Positions 8,300 to 17,842 of a stretch of 64,000 nucleotides of DNA are shown here, in pieces. Below the pieces are notes generated by a model. It did no database searches. It saw only the letters and a program-made list of their open reading frames with translations, and was not told the DNA's origin. How positions within the stretch are numbered: position 1 is the first letter of the stretch; each line of letters begins with the position of its first letter. The stretch is from the NCBI GenBank assembly GCA_900763875.1, contig CAAFLX010000037.1, positions 20,607 to 84,606 on the forward strand, given 5' to 3'. The translations under genes and the position numbers were made by a program. This stretch comes from Clostridia bacterium. Its GTDB lineage: Bacteria; Bacillota; Clostridia; Christensenellales; CAG-917.

Positions 8300-8328
8300 T
8301 TGCACAGCGTTTGTCGTTGTGATAAAAT
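8300..8328 (+). promoter_or_regulatory. putative promoter of the large surface-protein gene
   Basis: TTGCAC 8300-8305, 17-nt spacer, TAAAAT 8323-8328. Preceded by phased A-tracts. Confidence 0.4.
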
Positions 8329-8543
8329 ATATGTACCCATATGTCCAAAAATATCGAACAAATGTTGCGAATGTCGAGATTCTGGGAGAAAATTGGAAAA
8401 AAATGGGAAAATTTGTAAAAAAATATTGTGAAATCGGTTGATTATATGGTGGGGCTATGCTAATTTTTTTATAATACAAATGCAAGAAAAACACCGCTTT
8501 TTGTGCGGTTTTTGCAGGGTTGCCTATGGCAAAAGAGGGAATT

Positions 8544-11500
8544 ATGGGAAAACTTAAAAACAGAGATTTTGCCGTTTGGATACGGCTCTTTTTTTGTGTG
8601 GCATTGATTGCCCTTTGTATTCTTACGCTTTGCTGCTGTGACAAAGAAGACGTTGACAGTTTGTTTCAGCCGAGCAATTTTTGCGTGACTTTCGTTTTGA
8701 ACAACGGTGAAGAAAACGTCGTTTGGCACAAGGGCGACGCCGTGCCGACTCCCCATAAGAAAGATTGCGAATTTGTGTGTTGGTGCTCCGACGAGGCTTT
8801 GATGGCGAAAACCGACCTCGATTTTGCCAAGTTGAATCTTGTAAACAGCATCACGCTCTATGCAAAGTGGCGCGAATTTGACGATATGTCGAGCGTGGTT
8901 TTTGAGGACGCCGAGTTTGTATATGACAAAATGCCGCACGCTTTGAAAGTCAAAAATATCCCGGACGGCGCAAGCGTGACATATGACAAGAAAAACGAGC
9001 AGATTGCCGCAGGTAAGTATGAAATCACCGCAACGGTAAAAGCCGACGGCTTTAAGGATTTTGTCAAGATGGCGACGCTCACAATCAAGAAAGCAAAAGT
9101 TGAAAACTTGACGTTCGAGGACGAGCAATTCATTTGGGACAACGACAAGAAATTCGGGTTGTACGTTGGCGGCGATATCCCCGACGAGGACAAAGTCAGC
9201 TATGAGGGCAACGGACAAAGCGAGGTGGGCGAGCATAGCGTAATCGCCAAATTCGAGGTGAGCGACAACTTCGAGCCGATTGCGGATATGACGGCAACGC
9301 TCGTGATAAAAGAGAAATATTTTGAAGTGACTTTTGACGACGGAATATCGCCTGCAACCGTTGTCAGCGTTGGGCACGGCAAGGCGGTTGAGGATATGCC
9401 CACTCCCACGCAAAAGGTGGGATATGCGGCAAAATGGGATAGGGACAGCGTTGAAAACGTGCTTGAAAATATCACCGTAAATGCCGAATATATCCCGATA
9501 GAATACACAATATCCTTTATGTCGGACGGCGAGGAAGTGAAAAAGACGACCTACAATATCGAAAGTGCGGTTGAGTTTGAAAACGCAACGCGCGAGCACT
9601 ATACTTTTGAAGGTTGGTTTGAAAAGCAAGCTCCCGTTGAGCGTGTGCTCGGACTTGATATAGGCAATTACGGCGACAAAGTGTTTTATGCAAGGTGGAT
9701 TGCAAACGACTATTTTGTCACCTATCACTTGGACGGCGGACTCAACAGCGAGGTAAACGTAAACTTTGAGGACAAATACAAGTTTACAATCGAGAGCGAC
9801 GCGCTCAAACTTGCCGACGCCGAAAAAGAGTTTTATATTTTCGAGGGCTGGTTTACGAGCGAAAACTTCGAGGGCGAAAGGGTGGTTGCGCTCAACAAGG
9901 GCGCGTGCAGCAACCTCGATTTGTACGCCAAGTGGTCGGCGCAAAAATTTGAAATACACTATGAGTTGGCAGGCGGAAATAACAATGAAAACAATCCGCT
10001 TTTCACCACTATTGAGAGTGATGAAATCGTATTGCTTGCCCCAAGCAAGGCGCACTACGATTTTGTGTGCTGGACGGATAGGGCAAACGGCAAAGTTGAC
10101 AAAATTGCTGCGCACAACGTCAAGCAAATCTATCTGATTGCAGTGTGGAGCGCAACAAAATATGAGATAACCTATCATCTTTTTGGCGGCGAAAACAGCG
10201 AGAATAAGCCGTATTTCACAATCGAGGATGAGGATATTTTGCTTTTAGAGCCGTCAAAGCGCGGATATAAGTTTGTCGGTTGGTTTGAAAATGCCGATTT
10301 TTCGGGCGAAAAGATAGAGAAAATCGAGTGTTCGCAGGCAAGAAATATCGAGCTGTTTGCAAAGTGGGAGATTGAAACGTATCAAATCGTTTTGGACGCA
10401 AACGGCGGTGAAAACGTGCAAAATCCGTCATTCTACACGGTTGAATCTGAAAATATCGTGCTGAACAATCCGACAAGAAAAGGATATAAATTCGAGGGCT
10501 GGTTTGACAAAGCCGGGCGCAAAATCGAAAATATAGACAAGGGGAGCGTCGGCGGCGTTTCGCTGGCGGCAAAATGGAGCGTCATAGAATATACGATAGT
10601 GTTCGATTCAAACGGCGGTTTGACATTTGAGCCGATTAGATATACGGTTGAGAGTGAAACTGTGGAATTAAAACCGTCAGTAAAAGCCCACTACGTTTTC
10701 GGCGGTTGGTTTGATGAGGGCGGCAACAAGGTTGAAAGAGTGGAAAAAGGCTCTGTCGGCAACTTGAATCTCAAAGCGAATTGGGTTGCGAAAGAGTATG
10801 AAATCACCTTTGATTCAAAGGGCGGAAACGAGGTGAAATCAATGTTCTACACCATTGAAACGCCAAGTTTCGACTTGCCGAGCTGCTCTCGTAATAACTA
10901 TAATTTTGTGGGTTGGTTCGGCTCGGACGGCGGCGAGGTGAAAAGAATCGAGCGCGGCAGTTTCGGAGATATGCTCCTCGTTGCAAAATGGAGCGCAAAA
11001 AGCTATACGGTCACGTTTGAATCAAACGGCGGAAGCAAAGTTGAGAATATGACTTATTGTGGGGATTCCTCCTGTTTTGTATTGCCGACTCCCACAAGAG
11101 ATTACTACAAATTTGACGGCTGGTTTGAAAGCGCGGATTTGAGCGGCGGCGCAATCTCCTCGTTCTCAACAAACAAAGACACAACTTTGTATGCAAAATG
11201 GACTCCGCTCGAATACATTGTGACTTTTGATTCAAATGGCGGCAACGAGGTGAAAGCGTGTATCTATACGGTCGAATCGGATGATATCGTGCTTGTCGAG
11301 CCGCAGAAAGACGGATTTGTTTTCGATGGGTGGTATGCAGGCGATACAAAGGTTGAAAAGATTGCCAAAGGATCGCACGGCGATTTGGTTTTGACGGCGC
11401 GTTGGAGCGAAGTTGTCGCACCATCGGATTTTACCGTTGAAAACGGTGTTCTAACCGCATACAACGGCACTGATACAACAATAATCATTCACGCAATCGA

Positions 11501-12251
11501 GGGCGGTGAAAGTGTGCGCTCCGTTGCAAAATCAACTTTCGACAGCGTGCGTGCAAGCGTAACGGAAATTGTCATAGACGAGGGCGTTGAGAGCGTCGAA
11601 AGGGGCACTTTTGACGGTATGAGCGCACTTGAAACGCTCGTTTTGCCCTCCACAATCAAGACGATGTATAGAGGTATGCTCAAAGATTGCGCGTCTCTTG
11701 CCAATTTGACCGTTCCGTTTGCATCGTTTGCCGTGACTGACGAGAATGCTACCGAGGGCACGAAGTATGTTGCAAACAACGGAGAAAACGTATTTAGTTT
11801 CGGGTTCTTGTTTGTTGCCCAAAAGGGTGATTCTCTTATTATTGATAGCAATAAATCAGATGTTTTTAATTTATATTTTGAGCATGCGGCTACTCAAAAA
11901 ATCAAAACTATAACAACATTAAAAGCGTATATACCGCAATCTTTGACTAGCGTAAAAATCCTTGGAGGCGATATTTGCAAGAAAGCGTTTCTTGAAATGG
12001 GAATACGTGATATCGTTTTAGGCAAAGACATTTGCGTTGTGGAAGATATGGCTTTTGCAAAAATGCCGAATTTGACAAGCGTTGAAATTGAAAATGCACA
12101 AGTCAAGTTTTGCACGTCGGTTTTCTCCGCCAGCGACAACGCGGTCGTATATCTTGCAAACGCCGAACAAAAGGAGTTGTTTGTCAAAAACAATCAAAAC
12201 TATTCGGATAGAGTGCAAATCAAACAGGTTGCCTCAAACGGGCAGGTGTGA
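8544..12251 (+). CDS. cell-surface protein: lipobox-like signal, MBG-like Ig modules, about 11 Listeria-Bacteroides-type repeats, C-terminal BspA-type LRRs
   Basis: ATG 8544 follows GAGGGA; alternative starts are 8520 and 8526. The signal ends LTLCCC. An approximately 70-aa unit (Y.I.F..NGG...Y......L..P.R.GY.F.GWF........AKW) recurs about 11 times. The tail has LRR_5-like IP..V..I...AF repeats. Confidence 0.8.
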   Translation: MGKLKNRDFAVWIRLFFCVALIALCILTLCCCDKEDVDSLFQPSNFCVTFVLNNGEENVVWHKGDAVPTPHKKDCEFVCWCSDEALMAKTDLDFAKLNLVNSITLYAKWREFDDMSSVVFEDAEFVYDKMPHALKVKNIPDGASVTYDKKNEQIAAGKYEITATVKADGFKDFVKMATLTIKKAKVENLTFEDEQFIWDNDKKFGLYVGGDIPDEDKVSYEGNGQSEVGEHSVIAKFEVSDNFEPIADMTATLVIKEKYFEVTFDDGISPATVVSVGHGKAVEDMPTPTQKVGYAAKWDRDSVENVLENITVNAEYIPIEYTISFMSDGEEVKKTTYNIESAVEFENATREHYTFEGWFEKQAPVERVLGLDIGNYGDKVFYARWIANDYFVTYHLDGGLNSEVNVNFEDKYKFTIESDALKLADAEKEFYIFEGWFTSENFEGERVVALNKGACSNLDLYAKWSAQKFEIHYELAGGNNNENNPLFTTIESDEIVLLAPSKAHYDFVCWTDRANGKVDKIAAHNVKQIYLIAVWSATKYEITYHLFGGENSENKPYFTIEDEDILLLEPSKRGYKFVGWFENADFSGEKIEKIECSQARNIELFAKWEIETYQIVLDANGGENVQNPSFYTVESENIVLNNPTRKGYKFEGWFDKAGRKIENIDKGSVGGVSLAAKWSVIEYTIVFDSNGGLTFEPIRYTVESETVELKPSVKAHYVFGGWFDEGGNKVERVEKGSVGNLNLKANWVAKEYEITFDSKGGNEVKSMFYTIETPSFDLPSCSRNNYNFVGWFGSDGGEVKRIERGSFGDMLLVAKWSAKSYTVTFESNGGSKVENMTYCGDSSCFVLPTPTRDYYKFDGWFESADLSGGAISSFSTNKDTTLYAKWTPLEYIVTFDSNGGNEVKACIYTVESDDIVLVEPQKDGFVFDGWYAGDTKVEKIAKGSHGDLVLTARWSEVVAPSDFTVENGVLTAYNGTDTTIIIHAIEGGESVRSVAKSTFDSVRASVTEIVIDEGVESVERGTFDGMSALETLVLPSTIKTMYRGMLKDCASLANLTVPFASFAVTDENATEGTKYVANNGENVFSFGFLFVAQKGDSLIIDSNKSDVFNLYFEHAATQKIKTITTLKAYIPQSLTSVKILGGDICKKAFLEMGIRDIVLGKDICVVEDMAFAKMPNLTSVEIENAQVKFCTSVFSASDNAVVYLANAEQKELFVKNNQNYSDRVQIKQVASNGQV

Positions 12252-12272
12252 TATTATGCATACGAGGTGAAT

Positions 12273-12821
12273 ATGAACGCATTGACACTTGTACATAATG
12301 CCATAAAAGCATACGTCGGCGAGGGCGGAGTTTGCATTGACGCAACGGCAGGGCGCGGCTACGACACGGCTTTTTTGTGCGAAATCGTGGGCAAAAACGG
12401 CTCGGTGACGGCATTCGACGTGCAACAAGAGGCGGTGGACAGCACGCAAAAGTTGCTTGACGACAAAGGACTTAACGCAAGAGTGCTGCTCGATTCGCAC
12501 GCAAATATGGCAAACTATTTTGAGGAAGAGAGCGTTGACTGCATCGTCTTTAATCTCGGCTATTTACCAAAGGGCGACCACAGCGTATATACGCATTTCG
12601 AGTCCACAAAAGCGGCAATCGAATCGGGGTTGAAACTGCTCAAAAAGGGCGGACTTATGACGGTGAGCGTCTACTATGGCGGCGACAGCGGTTATGAGGA
12701 AAAGGACGCTTTGCTCCCGTGGCTCAAAAGCCTTGACGACGAAAAATATCAAGTGCTTGCCACTTTCTTCTACAATTGGAAAAAAGATCCGCCCATACCT
12801 ATTTTCATAATAAAAAACTGA
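12273..12821 (+). CDS. mnmM: tRNA (mnm5s2U34)-methyltransferase MnmM (YtqB family)
   Basis: IDATAGRGYDT, FNLGYLP.GD and DPP.P.FI motifs are collinear with B. subtilis YtqB. GAGGTG precedes ATG 12273. Confidence 0.75.
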   Translation: MNALTLVHNAIKAYVGEGGVCIDATAGRGYDTAFLCEIVGKNGSVTAFDVQQEAVDSTQKLLDDKGLNARVLLDSHANMANYFEEESVDCIVFNLGYLPKGDHSVYTHFESTKAAIESGLKLLKKGGLMTVSVYYGGDSGYEEKDALLPWLKSLDDEKYQVLATFFYNWKKDPPIPIFIIKN

Positions 12822-12892
12822 AAAGAGGCGGATAGAATGTCAAAAATCGCACCGCAACGGTGAGCGGTTTGAAAAACAAAATCGAGGTTGTT

Positions 12893-13381
12893 ATGCAAAA
12901 GGACAAATACAAGGTGCTGTTTGTTTGCTCGTCAAACGTGTGCAGAAGCCCCTATTGCGAGTTTATGCTCAAAAGAATGATTGAGGGCGACGAGGAGTTG
13001 AAAGGCAAAGTCGAGGTATGCTCGTCGGCAGTGTTCAATCGCAGCAAAAAAATCTTTCCCAAGGCGGTGGACGTTCTAAAACGCGAGGGCTTTGACGAGA
13101 AAGAAATACTTGCCCACAAACCCTCGTTCAAGACAGACAAGGCGAGGTTCGAGGGCGCGGATATCATCATCGGAATGTCCAAAATGCACAGGCTGTTGAC
13201 GCCAAGCAAGTACCGCGCAAAATATGTCACGCTGTCCGAGGCGGCAGAGGGCAAGTACGCTCCCGTTCCCGACCCGTTTTTGGCAACGTCGCAGAAGGAA
13301 TACGACAAAACCATGCAAGTGTTAAAAGACTATATTTGCAAATATTTCGTGAAACTAAAGGCGCAAATTTTGGGTAAATGA
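12893..13381 (+). CDS. low-molecular-weight protein tyrosine/arginine phosphatase
   Basis: VLFVCSSNVCRS is the CX5R(S/T) P-loop; DPF general-acid motif near the C-terminus. GAGG sits 5 nt before ATG 12893. Confidence 0.8.
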   Translation: MQKDKYKVLFVCSSNVCRSPYCEFMLKRMIEGDEELKGKVEVCSSAVFNRSKKIFPKAVDVLKREGFDEKEILAHKPSFKTDKARFEGADIIIGMSKMHRLLTPSKYRAKYVTLSEAAEGKYAPVPDPFLATSQKEYDKTMQVLKDYICKYFVKLKAQILGK

Positions 13382-13749
13382 CCGATTTAGGCGACAAAAA
13401 TCGCAACGTACAAGCAAGAAAAAAAGAAAACAAGAAAACAAGAAATAGTTATTTGCTTGTATAAAAAATCAACATTGAGGGCGTAAGGCTTTGTGGACTT
13501 TGCGCCTCCTTTTTTGCGATTTTAACATAAAAAGAGGTGTAAAAACGTGAATCGCACGGCTGTATGCTTTAATAAAGAAAATTGACATGTTGCAGGTTGA
13601 AACCGCTTTTTGAGTTGGGATATTCTAAGAATGGCGTAATGCAAAAACTAACGTTGTTTTGGCAATGCCGTTGCGCTCAAAAGCACAAAACGTGCGGTTA
13701 GATTGCGTATTTGGGCGGAGTGCCGTAGGAAAGGGCATACTTTTTCGTC

Positions 13750-13778
13750 TTGACAATGGAAAATGCACAAGGTAAAAT
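13750..13778 (+). promoter_or_regulatory. putative promoter
   Basis: TTGACA 13750-13755, 17-nt spacer, TAAAAT 13773-13778. Confidence 0.55.
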
Positions 13779-13835
13779 GTATAAAGAACCTTTCGAGTAA
13801 GCTCGATTTGCAATTTCACAAGAGAAGGGTAGATT

Positions 13836-15203
13836 ATGAAAAAACGTATCATTGCAAGTGTGCTGTTGATAGCGGTGATTGCAACTTGTTGCTTTGCGCT
13901 TGTTGCGTGCAACAATGGCGGTGACGCGCCGACGTCGTTTGAAATGCCAATCGGTGCGCGTCCCGACTACGACAGCTTGATTGCGCCTAGCGACAAGGAG
14001 GTCATTGACAAAGGCCTTGCCGAAAGCGCAAAAGCGGACGACGACCCGAGCAAAAACCAAGACGCAATCAAAGCCGCCGTAATGGCACTTTACACCGTGT
14101 CCAACAAGAGCCGCATCGAAACGCCGCTTTCCCTCGTGGTGCAAGAGAGCGACGCAGGCATCGACCTTGCAACGGTGTTGATGCACTCTTTCAATTTGCG
14201 CAACGGCGATAAGTGGTATTATCAGCTTGCAACAAGCGTGACGCCCGCCTCCGACAATCCGCTTGCGGAGTTGCTTGCCCAAGTCGCGGCGGCGTTTGCG
14301 GGATATTTGAAAGTTGCCTACACGCGCGGCGACGGCGAATATTGGTTTTTTGCCGGCAAAGGCACTGCATATTCTTGCGACTGCTCCGTGCCGACTTTTC
14401 CCTATGCGAAATTCGAGATTCAAGAAAAGGACGCCCCTTTTGAAAAGCCCCTTACGCTTGAGGAGTTCAACAACAAAATCCACGTTTTGAGCAACTCTAT
14501 TCACGAGATAAACAATATGGATTTTTGCAAGGAAATCATTGCGGACAATGCCAAAATCAAGTTTGAAAACAATCTCTATACGGTTGATTTTTCAATAGAT
14601 ATGAGCGCGGACAAGGCTCTAATTGAAAAGTGGTATGCAAAGCCACAAGAGGATATGCGCGAGGGCAACGAGAATATCAAAAAGTATAACTCGTACGTTG
14701 CCACGCTCCAAACTTGGGACAACGGCTATGCAAAGTATTTCGAGTCCCACGCCGACCGTGACGCAGGCAAGGCAAGCGGCAAGCCCGTTGACAAGTACAG
14801 CTACGTTTGGACGGAAGCCGAAATCTTGAAACTCCTCGCTCAGGACGTCGAAATCAAAGAAAAGGACAAATTTTCCAAAGTCGAAACAATCGACCAATAT
14901 CTCGAGGCGTACAGCGATCCCGACTACGTCAACAAAATCGTCCTCGGAATGTTCGAGGTGCTGGGCATCGCGGTTGCGTGCATAGCGGTGGTGATCGTTC
15001 TTGTTGTTGTGACGGTTGAAGTGCTTGTCAAAAAAGGCAAACTTCCAAAACTTGCCGCCAAGCGCAATGCGAAAAAGCAAAAACGCCTAGCAAAAAAAGA
15101 GGCAAAACAAGAAAAGAAAATAATGCTTATCGACGAGGAATTTTCCGCCGATTCGAACGTTGAGGAATTTGCCTCCGATTCGGACGATACCGACAATCGA
15201 TAA
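13836..15203 (+). CDS. lipoprotein with additional C-terminal transmembrane anchor and Lys-rich tail, function unknown
   Basis: Lipobox LVAC at the N-terminus. A hydrophobic helix GIAVACIAVVIVLVVVTV near the C-terminus is followed by KKGKLPKLAAKRNAKKQKRLAKKEAKQEKK and an acidic end. Confidence 0.7.
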   Translation: MKKRIIASVLLIAVIATCCFALVACNNGGDAPTSFEMPIGARPDYDSLIAPSDKEVIDKGLAESAKADDDPSKNQDAIKAAVMALYTVSNKSRIETPLSLVVQESDAGIDLATVLMHSFNLRNGDKWYYQLATSVTPASDNPLAELLAQVAAAFAGYLKVAYTRGDGEYWFFAGKGTAYSCDCSVPTFPYAKFEIQEKDAPFEKPLTLEEFNNKIHVLSNSIHEINNMDFCKEIIADNAKIKFENNLYTVDFSIDMSADKALIEKWYAKPQEDMREGNENIKKYNSYVATLQTWDNGYAKYFESHADRDAGKASGKPVDKYSYVWTEAEILKLLAQDVEIKEKDKFSKVETIDQYLEAYSDPDYVNKIVLGMFEVLGIAVACIAVVIVLVVVTVEVLVKKGKLPKLAAKRNAKKQKRLAKKEAKQEKKIMLIDEEFSADSNVEEFASDSDDTDNR

Positions 15204-15285
15204 TCGCTTTGCAAAAATCGAATTTGTTGCCAATGCACAAGGCAAAAATAAAAGATAATCAACACTTCAAAATCGAATAACAAAC

Positions 15286-15313
15286 AAAAACGAGCGGTGA
15301 TTCGCTCGTTTTT
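15286..15313. terminator. bidirectional terminator between convergent genes
   Basis: AAAAACGAGCG / CGCTCGTTTTT with a 6-nt loop. Confidence 0.8.
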
Positions 15314-15470
15314 GTTTGCAAGGTATTTTGATGTTTGCTTGTTTGCAAGGCGGTTCGTCGTTGCTCGCTTTGCAATTTGCGCTTTTTGCTTGCCGATTGA
15401 CAGGCGGCGCAATTATGCAATGTATAAGGTATTTGTTTTTTTACTACTCGAAACTATTAGTTATTTAACC

Positions 15471-16133
15471 TTATTTGTTGCCCGACACAAGCACTTCGAG
15501 GGGGTTGACGGGGACGTTGTCTTTGAGGATTTCAAAGTGCAGGTGGTCGCCGTCCAAACTTTCGCTGCCTTGCGAGGTTGACATTTTGCCGAGGAGCTGA
15601 CCTTGTTTTATCGTTGCGCCCTGTTTGAGGGTGCTTGCCTTGTCCAAGGAGAGGTATTTTGTGATATAGCCGTCCTTGTGGGCGAGCACGACGTAGTTGC
15701 CGTCGAGGGCGTTGTAGCCTACCTCTTTAACAGTGCCGTCGCAGGATGCGTACACGTTTTTGTCATCGGACGTAAAGTCCAGCGCGAGGTGGGTTGAGTA
15801 CTGCTTGAGAGTGGGACTCCAAACAAGGGTTGTATCCGTGAAATTGCGGCTGACTTTTGCGTCGTTTGCAGGGGCGTAGAACTTGATTTTTTCGACGGTC
15901 GGCTCTGGTTTTACGGGGTCGGGCTTGTCGATGGGGTTGTCGGGTTTGACCACGGGCGTATCGTTCGGATTGTCCGTGATAGACGAGTCGGGATTGTGCG
16001 GAGCGGAGTTGCGAGTGACCGCAAGGGCGATGACCGTGGCAACCGAGGCTATGCACAAAACGATAAGAAAATAGACTGCGTTGCGCTTACAAAAACCGCC
16101 AAAACGCTTCATTGCAACTTGAAATTTGCTCAT
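15471..16133 (-). CDS. M23 (LytM-type) peptidase, membrane anchored
   Basis: N-terminal TM helix. HLALDF (HxxxD) and GDHLHFEI (HxH) zinc motifs. GGAGG lies upstream. Confidence 0.85.
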   Translation of the reverse strand: MSKFQVAMKRFGGFCKRNAVYFLIVLCIASVATVIALAVTRNSAPHNPDSSITDNPNDTPVVKPDNPIDKPDPVKPEPTVEKIKFYAPANDAKVSRNFTDTTLVWSPTLKQYSTHLALDFTSDDKNVYASCDGTVKEVGYNALDGNYVVLAHKDGYITKYLSLDKASTLKQGATIKQGQLLGKMSTSQGSESLDGDHLHFEILKDNVPVNPLEVLVSGNK

Positions 16134-16267
16134 TGTATTACCTCCGATTTGCCGTGATTATGCCCTCAATCGATAAGGTTTATACATATATCGATAAAGA
16201 TTTTTCGATGTGGCGCAACTTTTTGCAAAAAGCGTGCCAAAAGTGCGATTTTTGAAAAAATTCGCTA

Positions 16268-16296
16268 TTGACTACAAGTGTTCGATAAGGTATAAT
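16268..16296 (+). promoter_or_regulatory. consensus promoter placed for a leaderless operon transcript
   Basis: TTGACT 16268-16273, 17-nt spacer, TATAAT 16291-16296. ATG 16304 is 8 nt past the -10. No SD. Confidence 0.6.
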
Positions 16297-16303
16297 CTTA
16301 ACT

Positions 16304-17842
16304 ATGGTTGACGTACACAAAAGCATATACGATTTCATGCGCTCCTACCGCGAAAAGCACGACGATGACATTGCCGTCGTTCACGGTGCACGCAAAATGA
16401 ATTACGCAACCTTATTCAAACAAGTGGACAGAGTTGCAGGCGGATTGGTGCGCCTCGGCGTGACAAAAGGCGACGTCGTTATGATTGCTCTTCCCAACAT
16501 TCTTCAAGCCGTCGTGGCGGTGTATGCCTGCTCTCGTATCGGCGCGATTGCGTCGATGATTCATCCCAAACTTTCCGCAAACGAATTTTCGGTCGCTTTC
16601 AAAAAACTTCAACCCAAAGTGGTGTTTTTGAGCGATATAAACCAATGCGAATATTATCCCAAGGCCAAGGGGGCAAGACGCATCATCTGCCACTTCGGGC
16701 TTTACGATTTTTTGGGACTGCCCCTCAAAGCCGATTTCGAGCCTTTCCACGGCGACGGTGAAGAGATTGCGTTTTATATGCAGTCGGGAGGCACGACGGG
16801 CGAGCCGAAGACGGTGGCGATTTCCTCTCGCGCGGCAAACGCAATGGTTGCCAATCTTTTGCAGTATCTAGGCGACAAATTTTCACAAAAGAACGCGTTG
16901 CTTGCGTCGCTTCCGATGTTTCACGGCTTTGGGCTGTGCGTTGGCGTGCACCTTTCGCTCTCAACCAATATGCGCTCGGTGCTATTGCCCGTATTCAAGG
17001 CGAAAAAGACCGTCAAGGTCATTGCAAAAAACCACGTTACGACCATGATTGCCGTGCCGAGAATGGTGCAAAAGCTGCTTGCTCTCGATGAGTTTTCGGG
17101 GGATAACATCTCTTGCATAGAGGACATTTACGTCGGCGGCGACCTCGTTGGCGAGGATTTGGTGAAAAAGTTTCACGCGCGTATGGAAGAGTGCGGCGGC
17201 AAGGGCATACTTTCCCCCGGCTACGGACTTACCGAAACGGCGAGCGTATGCACGGTGTCCAATGCGGATTTTGTGTCCGGCTCGGTGGGCAAGCCGTTGC
17301 TCAACGTCGAGGTTAGGGTTGTGGACGAGGATTTGAAAGAGGTCAAGCGCGGCACTGTCGGTGAATTGCTTGTTTCTGGCGAGCAGATTATGAGCGGATA
17401 CGTCGGCGACGAGGAAGGCACGAAAAAGGCTCTTATCCGCCTCGACGGCAAAACGTGGGTGCGCACTGGCGACTATTTCAAACAAGACGAGGAGGGCAGA
17501 CTCCTCTTTATGGGCAGAAAAAAGAGGCTCATCAAGATTTCGGGCATCAACGTGTTTCCAAGCGAGATCGAGAGGGTGGCAAGCGAGTTGCCGTTTGTGG
17601 GAGATTGCGCGTGCATAGAATACCGCATCGATGGCAAACCCTACATCAAATTGCTTGTCGAGGGCAGCCTCACCGACGCTCAAAAGCAGGCGGTTGTCAA
17701 CCATATTTCCAAAAATATGTCGCACTGGAACAAGCCTAGGGAAGTGCAATGCGTGGACAAATTTCCGCGTACAAATATAGGAAAAATAAATATAGAGGGA
17801 TTAAATTATGAATTTGGCAAAGATACGCAGGGCGGTCAATAA
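16304..17842 (+). CDS. AMP-forming acyl-CoA ligase (adenylate-forming superfamily)
   Basis: YMQSGGTTGEPK, GYGLTET and TGDYF...GRKKRLIKISGINVFPSEIE core motifs. Confidence 0.8.
   Translation: MVDVHKSIYDFMRSYREKHDDDIAVVHGARKMNYATLFKQVDRVAGGLVRLGVTKGDVVMIALPNILQAVVAVYACSRIGAIASMIHPKLSANEFSVAFKKLQPKVVFLSDINQCEYYPKAKGARRIICHFGLYDFLGLPLKADFEPFHGDGEEIAFYMQSGGTTGEPKTVAISSRAANAMVANLLQYLGDKFSQKNALLASLPMFHGFGLCVGVHLSLSTNMRSVLLPVFKAKKTVKVIAKNHVTTMIAVPRMVQKLLALDEFSGDNISCIEDIYVGGDLVGEDLVKKFHARMEECGGKGILSPGYGLTETASVCTVSNADFVSGSVGKPLLNVEVRVVDEDLKEVKRGTVGELLVSGEQIMSGYVGDEEGTKKALIRLDGKTWVRTGDYFKQDEEGRLLFMGRKKRLIKISGINVFPSEIERVASELPFVGDCACIEYRIDGKPYIKLLVEGSLTDAQKQAVVNHISKNMSHWNKPREVQCVDKFPRTNIGKINIEGLNYEFGKDTQGGQ

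Noticed and set aside
8168-8431. 87-aa Cys-rich ORF in the AT-rich spacer upstream of the surface-protein gene.
   Set aside because: TTG start with no SD. It lies across the predicted promoter and A-tract region. Its composition simply reflects AT-rich DNA, and a 141-aa ORF overlaps it on the opposite strand.
8469-10178. 569-aa antisense ORF opposite the surface-protein gene.
   Set aside because: The plus strand encodes a clear repeat-domain protein with signal peptide. The antisense product is Phe/Val/Arg-rich with no motifs.
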